The notes under the pieces: model-generated
Told to the model about the DNA's origin: nothing
Database searches by the model: none
The model's input: only the letters and a program-made list of their open reading frames with translations
Shown: positions 41,540 to 49,649 of the stretch, in pieces
How positions within the stretch are numbered: the stretch's first letter is position 1
How the letters are laid out: every line of letters starts with the position of its first letter
Translations under genes and position numbers: made by a program
From: a virus
Virus record (IMG/VR): IMGVR_UViG_3300023174_000129
Span: 1-64,000 of that record
Length of the DNA: 64,000 nucleotides
Reading direction: 5' to 3' (one strand)

Positions 41540-42484
41540 TTAATTTAATTTTTCTCCTGTTTCTGGATTATAGTTTAAAATAAGTAATTCTTTACCTTTT
41601 GCTTGCTCACCTTTATCAGATGCATTATTTCCACCATGTGCTGAACTTCTAAATACTTCTTTTTCAAACCACATATATTTATCTTTTGGTAATAATTCCT
41701 CTAATAATGGGAAATAATAATATGATAAAGACCATCTTGCTTTAGATTTCTTAATTAATTCTAACAATCTTCTATGTGAAGCGGGTCCAAAAACACCATC
41801 AGAATCAGCACCATACCAAAATAATCTTTTAGCATCATCTTCGCCATTTTCATCTGGTCTAAAATATGGTGGATCTAAATAAATATAAGTATCTTCTGCA
41901 TCATATTTTAAAATTAATTCCTCAAAATCAATATTTAAAAACTCTGTAATCGATTGTAATTTAGCTGTATATGTATTCTTTTTTAATTTTTTAATTAAAG
42001 TTTCTAATTTAAGTGTATCTTTATCTTTTTTATACCCATTAAAACCAGCTCCTCTTGGATAAACCGAATTGTGAGCAGAAGTAATTAAAAATGCATACAT
42101 AGATGCTCGCTTAAAATCACCTATCTCAAAATCCATATTATCTAAAAAATCATTTTTAATATATTCTTTATAAATTGCTTTATAGAATTCCCATTTTTCT
42201 AATGGATCTGTTAAATCAGTTTTTAATTTTATTTCTATAAACTTTTCTAAAATTGGAATAAACTGTTCTGGTTGAGAACAACATTTATATAAATTAACTT
42301 GATGTTTATTTTTATCATTATAAATAACCGTTTCGAAATTTAAGTTAGGATCATCCATATAAGTTCCCATACTTCCTGAAAAAGGTTCTAAATAAGTTTT
42401 AATACCATCTTTTGGTATTTTTGTGTTTATAAAGTCTTGGAAAGCCTTGCTTGACTTACCACCAAAATAAGAAATGCAACTCAT
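41540..42484 (-). CDS. Dam-like (D12 class) adenine DNA methyltransferase
   Basis: YFGGKS, EPFSGS, YND, YLDPPY. Confidence 0.88.
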   Translation of the reverse strand: MSCISYFGGKSSKAFQDFINTKIPKDGIKTYLEPFSGSMGTYMDDPNLNFETVIYNDKNKHQVNLYKCCSQPEQFIPILEKFIEIKLKTDLTDPLEKWEFYKAIYKEYIKNDFLDNMDFEIGDFKRASMYAFLITSAHNSVYPRGAGFNGYKKDKDTLKLETLIKKLKKNTYTAKLQSITEFLNIDFEELILKYDAEDTYIYLDPPYFRPDENGEDDAKRLFWYGADSDGVFGPASHRRLLELIKKSKARWSLSYYYFPLLEELLPKDKYMWFEKEVFRSSAHGGNNASDKGEQAKGKELLILNYNPETGEKLN

Positions 42485-42578
42485 TTTTTTCTGTATTTAT
42501 TTTTATTATAATTATAATTATACATGTAATAAAAGTTGTTTTTTAAGAAATAATTTCATATTTTTGTACTAAAAAATA

Positions 42579-43103
42579 ATGCATAATAGAATTGTATTAA
42601 CAGGTGGGCCAGGAACAGGTAAGAGTTCCATAATTGATTTACTTTCAGAAAAAGGTTTTAATATTATACCGGAACCAGCAAGAACTTTGATTGAATTTTA
42701 CAAAAAAAATTCGCCACATTTACTTCCAAAACTATCTAAAGAAAATAGATTGCTTTTTCAAAAAGCAATAGAAGATATGACTATTCAAAATTTTCATTCT
42801 AATATAGAAGGGTTTTTTGATAGATCTATATTAGATGAAATTGGATATAGAAATAGGTATGAAATTGAAATAAATAAAGAGTTGGACTATGCCGCTAAAA
42901 CATATCGTTATAATAAAGTATTTATATTTCCATTTTGGAAAGAAATATACAAAACCGATGATGTTAGGCGCGAAACAACAGAAGAAGCAGAATTAATTGG
43001 TAAATTTTTACATACTACATATGTTAGTTATGGTTATACACCAATTATAGTGCCAAAATTCACACCAGAAAAAAGACTTGAATTTATCTTAAATAATATA
43101 TAA
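42579..43103 (+). CDS. P-loop ATPase/kinase (AAA_28, NadR-like)
   Basis: TGGPGTGKS, PEPAR, FFDRS, DDVRRE. Confidence 0.85.
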   Translation: MHNRIVLTGGPGTGKSSIIDLLSEKGFNIIPEPARTLIEFYKKNSPHLLPKLSKENRLLFQKAIEDMTIQNFHSNIEGFFDRSILDEIGYRNRYEIEINKELDYAAKTYRYNKVFIFPFWKEIYKTDDVRRETTEEAELIGKFLHTTYVSYGYTPIIVPKFTPEKRLEFILNNI

Positions 43104-43108
43104 GTAAT

Positions 43109-43132
43109 AAAAACCATCAAATGGTGGTTTTT
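43109..43132. terminator. Bidirectional terminator
   Basis: aaaaaccatc-aaat-ggtggttttt. Confidence 0.6.
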
Positions 43133-43414
43133 TATTTTAATATAATATCATTTATTATTGATAAATAATCGGGATTTATTATGTAATCAAATTGTTTTGG
43201 TTGTCCTTTTGGCGCACCTCTCATACCAGTTGGTAATAAAATTAAATTATCGTCAAATCCACTATTTCTAAATTTTCTATTTATTTCCATAACAAAATTA
43301 TCACGATATAATTTTTCTTTTTTTGGTTCTAACGGTAATTCGATAAATTCACCTAACAAAAATGTTGTAAAATCTTTATTATTAATTTTATTATCGTTTG
43401 TCAGAATTAATTTA
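43132..43414 (-). pseudogene. 3' part of the gene interrupted by the IS1595 transposon
   Basis: Joins in frame to 48178-48652 across the TSD: ...EKDLIKL|ILTNDNK... Confidence 0.85.
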
Positions 43415-43441
43415 GGCACTAACATACAACTTTACACCAAA
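43415..43441 (+). repeat. Left terminal inverted repeat
   Basis: ggcactaacatacaactttacaccaaa. Confidence 0.92.
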
Positions 43442-43490
43442 TAGATAATTTTGAAAAAAAAACTTTTTCATTTTTTCTTCTATAATAAGA

Positions 43491-43629
43491 AGAGAGGCAG
43501 CCTGAACGTGATGTATGTTTCTGGCATAAAACGATTTCAACCAATATTATTATTTAGGGACGGACTGGCCGGATAACCTAAAATTTCAGTTTTATTTTTT
43601 CGTCATCAACGGGTACTGCCTCGCTTTTT
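43491..43629 (+). ncRNA. Candidate structured ncRNA (long rod-like hairpin)
   Basis: GC-richer intergenic island with six nested helices, upstream AAAC-N17-TATAAT, downstream U-run. Confidence 0.45.
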
Positions 43630-43859
43630 TATACCAAAATATCTTTTATTTCAATCTCCAATCCTTTACATACTTCCAAAAGATATACATAAGAAGGATT
43701 AAATCCTCCTTTTTCTAATCTTTGAATTGATTGCCTGTCTTTACCTATTTTATCTGCCACTTCTTGAAGTGATAAACATTTATCGTGCCTAATCTTCCTT
43801 ATCTTTTCTCCTAATTTAATTAGTTCTTCTTTTTGTTCATTATTTATAGGTTGTGGCAT
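43629..43859 (-). CDS. XRE-family helix-turn-helix regulator
   Basis: LGEKIRKIR...SLQEVADKIG...IQRLEKG..NPS. Confidence 0.9.
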   Translation of the reverse strand: MPQPINNEQKEELIKLGEKIRKIRHDKCLSLQEVADKIGKDRQSIQRLEKGGFNPSYVYLLEVCKGLEIEIKDILV

Positions 43860-43958
43860 GCGCCAATTTTAGAAGAACTTTAACTTTTCTTTGACATCCG
43901 TAAGATTGACAAATCAAAATGTTTTGTTTAATTTTGCTAAATTCTGATTATTTTAAAA

Positions 43959-44771
43959 ATGCATAAATACGAAGTTCGGTTTAAATACAACAATAAAAGC
44001 GGTGGTTGCACTTCGAAAACTGCTGTGATCACATTTCCTAAAAGGGTATATTCTTTTTCCGAAGTATATGGAAATGACGGAAAGGGTAATAATGAAATTT
44101 TGACTAAAGCTGTAAATGAACTTGGATTAAATCCAGATATGGTTGAAGCTATTTCTGATAGAAACAAACTTGATGGTAGTTGGTATAATTTAAAATATTT
44201 AGGAGAAGAAAGTGATATTAATAATAGTTCATATAATGATTCTAATCAAAGTACAAACTATAATATTGGTTCTGGAATAGGAAATGCTGCGTCGGGAATA
44301 GGCGATGGTATTAGTAGTGTATTAGGATCATTAGGCACAGGCGCTAGCAAGGCGATTTCTTATTTAGAAGCTGATAAATTAAAACGAGAAGAAAAAGATA
44401 GAGAAATAGAAGAATCTATAAATGTTCAAAATAATGAAATAATAAATTTTACTTTTAGTAATTCAAAAGAAAGCATAGTAAGAGAAATGAGTAAATTACT
44501 ATCAATGTATAATTCTACTCCTTTGTCTAATTATTCAACAAAATCTACAATATATTCAAAAATAAATGAAGGAATTATATTACTTAAAGGGCTTAATGCA
44601 TCAGTAGAAGTGGAACATTTTGAAGCAGAACAAAAAAAGATAAAACCTAATAAATTATTTGAAGTTTTTTTCTCTATAAAAAGAGAATATAGATTGGCAA
44701 TTATTTTTTTGAGTTTTTCCTTTATTTTTCTAATTATCATAAAAGTTTTAGAGTATATCAGACTGCATTAA
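43959..44771 (+). CDS. Hypothetical membrane-anchored protein (transposon cargo)
   Basis: Gly/Ser-rich amphipathic segment, C-terminal hydrophobic helix; TAATTTTG box upstream. Confidence 0.65.
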   Translation: MHKYEVRFKYNNKSGGCTSKTAVITFPKRVYSFSEVYGNDGKGNNEILTKAVNELGLNPDMVEAISDRNKLDGSWYNLKYLGEESDINNSSYNDSNQSTNYNIGSGIGNAASGIGDGISSVLGSLGTGASKAISYLEADKLKREEKDREIEESINVQNNEIINFTFSNSKESIVREMSKLLSMYNSTPLSNYSTKSTIYSKINEGIILLKGLNASVEVEHFEAEQKKIKPNKLFEVFFSIKREYRLAIIFLSFSFIFLIIIKVLEYIRLH

Positions 44772-44849
44772 ATAAAAAGGTTTTATATCTGAATTATTTT
44801 CTGCAACAACTATAAGTTTTTTGTTTTTTAACTTTCAAAATCAATTTTT

Positions 44850-44984
44850 ATGTCGTATCAATGTCAAAAATGTGGCACCACATCATATAGTGGTCCAAAT
44901 GGTATTCAACGTAACTGTTCATCTGGTGGAAAATGCGTGTGGGTAAAAATTTCAAGATTTGTAAAACACATTTTATCTTGGTAA
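44850..44984 (+). CDS. Small Cys-rich peptide, 44 aa (not in ORF track)
   Basis: MSYQCQKCGTTSYSGPNGIQRNCSSGGKCVWVKISRFVKHILSW, followed by a terminator. Confidence 0.55.
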   Translation: MSYQCQKCGTTSYSGPNGIQRNCSSGGKCVWVKISRFVKHILSW

Positions 44985-45018
44985 AAAACAAACCGATATA
45001 ACTATATCGGTTTGTTTT
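44985..45018. terminator. Intrinsic terminator
   Basis: aaaacaaaccgatata-ac-tatatcggtttgtttt. Confidence 0.75.
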
Positions 45019-45058
45019 AAATTTTACAACAAAATATAATTTTCATACTATATGTAGT

Positions 45059-45469
45059 ATGAAAATTATTAAAAAACTTTTGTTGAAATTTGCTTTATTT
45101 ATTCTAAAAATAATTGGTATGCCATATTCTATAAATCAAATAGAAAATCTTAAAAAACTATTAGAAACATCACTTTTTAAACATTTAGGAGTTAATTTAA
45201 GTGTTAAAACAATTTCATACAATCCAGATGATACAAGAAATAGTATTACCAAAATTGTTTTTGAAGTTACATTTTCGGATAATAATAAAATGGAAATTAG
45301 TATTGAATTTGATATAGAAAATAATTTAGTTAATGTAAGTTATATAAATAGCACAATATACGATATACATTTATTAGCAAGTATATTACAGGCAATATCT
45401 CTAAATATAAGAATGTATGAAAAAGAAATTATCAATTCATTTTTACAACTTATTCCAAAACAAGTTTAA
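45059..45469 (+). CDS. Hypothetical protein (transposon cargo)
   Basis: 136 aa, hydrophobic N-terminus. Confidence 0.55.
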   Translation: MKIIKKLLLKFALFILKIIGMPYSINQIENLKKLLETSLFKHLGVNLSVKTISYNPDDTRNSITKIVFEVTFSDNNKMEISIEFDIENNLVNVSYINSTIYDIHLLASILQAISLNIRMYEKEIINSFLQLIPKQV

Positions 45470-45495
45470 TAATAATGTGAAGATAAAATACTATC

Positions 45496-45873
45496 TCATT
45501 TATAGGTAAATACATCGCCTGCAATCTTAAACTCTCCTAACATAATTATATCAAGACCGATTATTACATCGCAGTCCGTTCTTGAAACCGGAATAAGTGG
45601 TGATTCGACTCCAAAAGGTTTTATTTTATCTGATAAGAAAATTGCACAGTAATAAATACCAGTTTCTAAAAATTGACTTTGTATATTACCTATTTTTATC
45701 TTTTCGCCGGTTAAATCAAGTTGAAGTTCCTTAACTACTTTTTCCGATATTAAAGTTCTTGAAGAACCAGTGTCCCAAACCGCAACATATTCAATAGCCG
45801 AATATGGATTATTTGGTTTATATACCCAAACATTGCTTCTTATTTTATCTCCTATTATTTTTTCATTTACCAT
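45496..45873 (-). CDS. Retropepsin-like aspartic protease
   Basis: AVWDTGSSRTLIS...DVIIGLDII. Confidence 0.8.
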   Translation of the reverse strand: MVNEKIIGDKIRSNVWVYKPNNPYSAIEYVAVWDTGSSRTLISEKVVKELQLDLTGEKIKIGNIQSQFLETGIYYCAIFLSDKIKPFGVESPLIPVSRTDCDVIIGLDIIMLGEFKIAGDVFTYK

Positions 45874-45881
45874 TTTAAAAT

Positions 45882-46166
45882 TTATAGATTCTGTATTTCA
45901 ATATTATCATAATAAATAATTTTACTATTTGTTAAAGGTTTAACTATTATCAAACCTTTCTCGGCTGTCTGTGCTATTATTTTTCGATTTTCATTAAGGT
46001 TTTCTTCTCTTGTTAGTTCTTGTTTTGTCAAATCAAGACCTATAATTTGTGCGTTTTTTATTTGCTCTGATGTTAGATTAGAATTGTCAACAATGAAATT
46101 TTTATCTATATTATGTTTATCTTCGTAAACGGGCGAAAATTGGTTATATGTTATTAAATGTTTCAT
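45882..46166 (-). CDS. Hypothetical protein, tag family (transposon cargo)
   Basis: Starts MKHLITYNQF; TAATATATA at 46171-46179. Confidence 0.6.
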   Translation of the reverse strand: MKHLITYNQFSPVYEDKHNIDKNFIVDNSNLTSEQIKNAQIIGLDLTKQELTREENLNENRKIIAQTAEKGLIIVKPLTNSKIIYYDNIEIQNL

Positions 46167-46282
46167 ATTCTATATATTATATTTGCAAATAGGATTAGAG
46201 TTGTATAAGTGCCTAAACATTTTGTGGATAATTTTTTTTTAAAATCCTTGTTTTAGTGTAAAGTTCTTCTTATCTTTACACT

Positions 46283-47290
46283 ATGTTAGAATTAAAGCCA
46301 TTTAGAAGCATTTTAGATTTATTAAGACAATTTCCTGACGAACAAACCTGTATTAATCACCTACAAACATTACGCTGGAACGATAATGTTATTTCTCCAT
46401 TTGATTCAACCTCCAAAATCTATAAATGCTCCAATAATAAATATAAGTGTAAAAATACTGGTAAATATTTCAATGTTTTAACTAATACTATTTTTGAAAA
46501 CACTAAAATACCTTTACAAACTTGGTTTCTTGCTATTTACCTTTTCACTACACATAATAAAGGTATTAGTAGCTATACATTAGCAACTGAATTAAATATC
46601 ACTCAAAAATCAAGTTGGTTCTTGTTGTCAAGAATTAGATATGCTATGGAACATGATAACTTTCTAACTAATTTTGACGGTTCAATAGAACTTGACGAAA
46701 CTTATATCGGTGGTAAAAACAAAAATAGACACAATGATAAAAAAGTAGAAGGTTCACAAGGTAGAAGCGGTGAAGATAAACAACCTGTTTTTGGAATGTT
46801 TAAAGATGAAGTTTCTGAAATAGTTTATAGACCAAATAAAAACAATAATGAATTAGCGGTAAAAGAAAAAGTAATTATTAATCCTGCTATTGTAAGAGTA
46901 GAAGTAGTTAATAATGTAAAAAGAGAAACAATTTTACCGATTATTAAAAACAAAGTTGTAGATAATTCAATAGTAGTTACTGATGAATATAGAATATATA
47001 ATCGTTTAAGTGAAAATTACGATCATAAAGTAGTTTATCATAAAATAAGTAATTATGTAACAAATGAAGGTTTCACAACTAATAGATTAGAAGGTTTTTG
47101 GAATATATTAAAGAAAGCGTGGACTACAACTTATATGGGTCGTGTAACAGGCAAACATTTACATAGATATTGTAGAGAAACAGAATATAGATTTAATACA
47201 AGACATTTAACTGCTTCCGAGAAATTCAATTTACTATTAGCCGGAACAGAAAAAAGATTAAGATATGTTGATTTGATAAACAACAAATAA
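46283..47290 (+). CDS. IS1595-family (ISXO2-like) DDE transposase
   Basis: Degenerate Zn ribbon, HTH, ELDETYIGG, VTDEY, TNRLEGFW, YRFN. Confidence 0.95.
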   Translation: MLELKPFRSILDLLRQFPDEQTCINHLQTLRWNDNVISPFDSTSKIYKCSNNKYKCKNTGKYFNVLTNTIFENTKIPLQTWFLAIYLFTTHNKGISSYTLATELNITQKSSWFLLSRIRYAMEHDNFLTNFDGSIELDETYIGGKNKNRHNDKKVEGSQGRSGEDKQPVFGMFKDEVSEIVYRPNKNNNELAVKEKVIINPAIVRVEVVNNVKRETILPIIKNKVVDNSIVVTDEYRIYNRLSENYDHKVVYHKISNYVTNEGFTTNRLEGFWNILKKAWTTTYMGRVTGKHLHRYCRETEYRFNTRHLTASEKFNLLLAGTEKRLRYVDLINNK

Positions 47291-47312
47291 TATTTTCATA
47301 CTATAAAATAGT

Positions 47313-47558
47313 ATGAAAAAAATTAGGTATTTTATTAAAAAACTGCTAATGAATATTGATATTGATTTTTACATAAATACTAATAATAATTGGAACTTAT
47401 TAAAGAGAGATACTTTATTAAGTATGCCTAATATTGGTGAAAAAGTAACTTTATTTACCGATAATAAAGAAGAAACATTTATTGTAGTTGATGTTGAACA
47501 TAAATCTGGTAAAAATAATATCGTATTATTAAGAAAATCAAAATCACTAATTCCATAA
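47313..47558 (+). CDS. Hypothetical protein (transposon cargo)
   Basis: 81 aa; CAAC-N17-TATAAA upstream. Confidence 0.5.
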   Translation: MKKIRYFIKKLLMNIDIDFYINTNNNWNLLKRDTLLSMPNIGEKVTLFTDNKEETFIVVDVEHKSGKNNIVLLRKSKSLIP

Positions 47559-47560
47559 AT

Positions 47561-47920
47561 ATGCAACATAATATTAGGCGTAATAAGATTATTTTTGATT
47601 TATTAAGTCAACAGAAAAAAAGATTAGATTGGAATATATCAATCAATGATATGTTTAATAGATATATTTTTGAAAACTTGAATATATCAGATAGTAGGGA
47701 GATATTGAGTAAAATTAGTGGTGATATACAACCAAGTATATTAGATAATGATTCGGTATTACTTGAAACATTAAAGTTGATAGGTTTAATGGAATCTTGT
47801 GTTACAAAAGTTGAATTGTTATTTCTATTAGAAAGAAGGAAGGAAATTAAGTATGGTAAGCCATTAACAGAATTTGATAAAATATTAAAGGCAATAATGA
47901 CGGTTTCAAATGTAAAATAA
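47561..47920 (+). CDS. Hypothetical protein (transposon cargo)
   Basis: 119 aa, ends EFDKILKAIMTV. Confidence 0.5.
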   Translation: MQHNIRRNKIIFDLLSQQKKRLDWNISINDMFNRYIFENLNISDSREILSKISGDIQPSILDNDSVLLETLKLIGLMESCVTKVELLFLLERRKEIKYGKPLTEFDKILKAIMTVSNVK

Positions 47921-47935
47921 ACAACATTTAAGTAT

Positions 47936-48148
47936 ATGGCAAATAAAGTGATAGAACTTGTGAGTTTTTCATCACCACCACACGCTAAACATATTCTTGT
48001 AAAGAAAAGTGATGGTGAATTACAAATTCATTTATTAGATAAATTTTATAACAACCAAGGTGGTATTGTATTGTCCGAAGCTAATGCTAAGTTGCTAGTT
48101 AAAGAATTAATGGACGAACTATATGGTGAGTTCGAAATGCCTAAATAA
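47936..48148 (+). CDS. Hypothetical protein (transposon cargo)
   Basis: 70 aa ending just before the right IR. Confidence 0.5.
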   Translation: MANKVIELVSFSSPPHAKHILVKKSDGELQIHLLDKFYNNQGGIVLSEANAKLLVKELMDELYGEFEMPK

Positions 48149-48150
48149 TT

Positions 48151-48177
48151 TTTGGTGTAAAGTTGTAAGTTAGTGCC
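48151..48177 (-). repeat. Right terminal inverted repeat
   Basis: tttggtgtaaagttgtaagttagtgcc. Confidence 0.92.
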
Positions 48178-48652
48178 TTAATTTAATTAAATCTTTTTCT
48201 TTTTGACGAAAAAAAGATTCTTGTTTTCTTTTGGTATTTGAATAAAAATTCAAATAAAATCTCTCAAATCCTCTTTTTGGTCCAATAGCTTTTATATTAT
48301 CCGTCCCACCATTTGGTTTATCAATTATTAAATTACCGATTCCATCAGAATTTACTATCGAATCTTTTTGGAAAATATATTTTCCAAATTTAAAATCATT
48401 TAAGACAATAAAAATTCCTTTCGGAATAGAAATTATATCTTGCATCATTACATCTTTTGCTTTAACTTTTAAAGCAAATTTAGGATCTGTTTTTTTAACT
48501 TTTGATAATTTTTTAGCATATTTAATATATTCCATATCAAAATCTAAATTTACATCCTTTGGACGAGAAAAATAATTTTTAAAAGTTGCTTCAGAATCAT
48601 CACCAACTATAAAATCGTCTTTGTATTCTTCAAATAATTTTAAATATTTCAT
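48170..48652 (-). pseudogene. 5' part of a tag-family gene interrupted by the transposon
   Basis: Starts MKYLKLFEEY; final RH* comes from the IR; reconstructed ORF about 249 aa. Confidence 0.8.
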
Positions 48653-48664
48653 ATAGTATATATA

Positions 48665-48693
48665 AAAAAACCTATCTAAAAAGATAGGTTTTT
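48665..48693 (-). terminator. Terminator downstream of tmRNA
   Basis: aaaaacctatct-aaaa-agataggttttt. Confidence 0.7.
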
Positions 48694-49051
48694 GTGGAGC
48701 TGCCCAACAGCGAGATGGGGTGTTACTAGCTAACTTAAATTACTCTTTCACAAGCTTAGATTATTTTTCTAAATTATCAAAATATTAAGTTTATTTAATA
48801 CTAAAAACTAAAAAATTAGCAGGTTATTAAGTAACCACTCTTTAACTTTTGAACAGAGTTACCTGCGGAAATCCTTAGGCGAAAGCCACTTCGTTTACCT
48901 TTAAGATGTTGTTTGACATAGCAAAAATTAAATCTTCGCTAGTTGCAGTTTCGTTTGCATTTATTTTTCGTTGCTTCTTATTAATCGGGTGCAACCACCG
49001 ATGCTTGCGTCATAACTCACTTTACACTAATAGGCTAATCAATTCAGCCCC
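48693..49051 (-). ncRNA. ssrA: tmRNA
   Basis: 5' GGGGCUG pairs with 3' CAGCUCC-A with G3:U70; AAAUAAAU-GCA resume context; tag ORF 48958-48875 ANETATSEDLIFAMSNNILKVNEVAFA*; TATATTTG promoter at 49071-49078. Confidence 0.9.
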
Positions 49052-49136
49052 ATAAGTAAGAATTATATTACAAATATACGAAGTAGTTTTGAAATAACAA
49101 AATTTTATTCGTATATTTTTTATTATATATTATAAT

Positions 49137-49385
49137 TTATTTTGTTTTCTTTGGTTTTGATGGCTTTTTTACAGTTTCGGTTTCTTGTGTAGCAATTTGC
49201 CACCCATTATTCAAATAGTGTGTTAAAAAATCATCAACATCTTTTTGAATAATCATACTCTTTTTAGTTACTTTTCCTGTTTTTTCTGTATAAAGTATCC
49301 ATACAAACCAATCATCATCAGGTTCAGATGGTTTAAACCAAATTGTATATTTGGATCTTGGTTTAATTAATTTTATTTCTTTCAT
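49137..49385 (-). CDS. Hypothetical protein
   Basis: Likely start MKEIKLIK at 49385. Confidence 0.55.
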   Translation of the reverse strand: MKEIKLIKPRSKYTIWFKPSEPDDDWFVWILYTEKTGKVTKKSMIIQKDVDDFLTHYLNNGWQIATQETETVKKPSKPKKTK

Positions 49386-49647
49386 AAGTACAAAATATGA
49401 CAGGTATTTTTTTATACATCCACATTTCAAATGTGCATGAAAAATCTGGCATATAATTAATTTGTATATTTTTTAATTCCTCCATTATATTCATAATAGA
49501 AAACATTGTTTCACATTTCTGCAATTCTCTTTCAATAATTATTCGACTAAATTTATCTACATAAATACATAAATTTTCTTGTTCCTTCCGAATAAGGTTT
49601 GCTATTTCTTTTATTTCGTCTAAATCTTGTATTAATTCTATTTCCAT
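49363..49647 (-). CDS. Hypothetical protein
   Basis: 94 aa, coupled to upstream peptidase. Confidence 0.5.
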   Translation of the reverse strand: MEIELIQDLDEIKEIANLIRKEQENLCIYVDKFSRIIIERELQKCETMFSIMNIMEELKNIQINYMPDFSCTFEMWMYKKIPVIFCTYERNKIN

Positions 49648-49649
49648 AA

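Larger units (their letters stand above)
43415..48177 (+). mobile_element. IS1595-family transposon with passenger genes, 4763 bp
   Basis: 27-bp terminal IRs (26/27 identical, GGCACTAAC...), 8-bp TSD TTAATTTA at 43407-43414 and 48178-48185, internal DDE transposase. Confidence 0.93.

Noticed and set aside
43132-43425. 97-aa ORF MLVPK as an independent gene
   Set aside because: Its start lies inside the left IR; it is the 3' half of the interrupted gene
43491-43629. Retron msr-msd interpretation of the structured RNA
   Set aside because: No reverse transcriptase in the element or window
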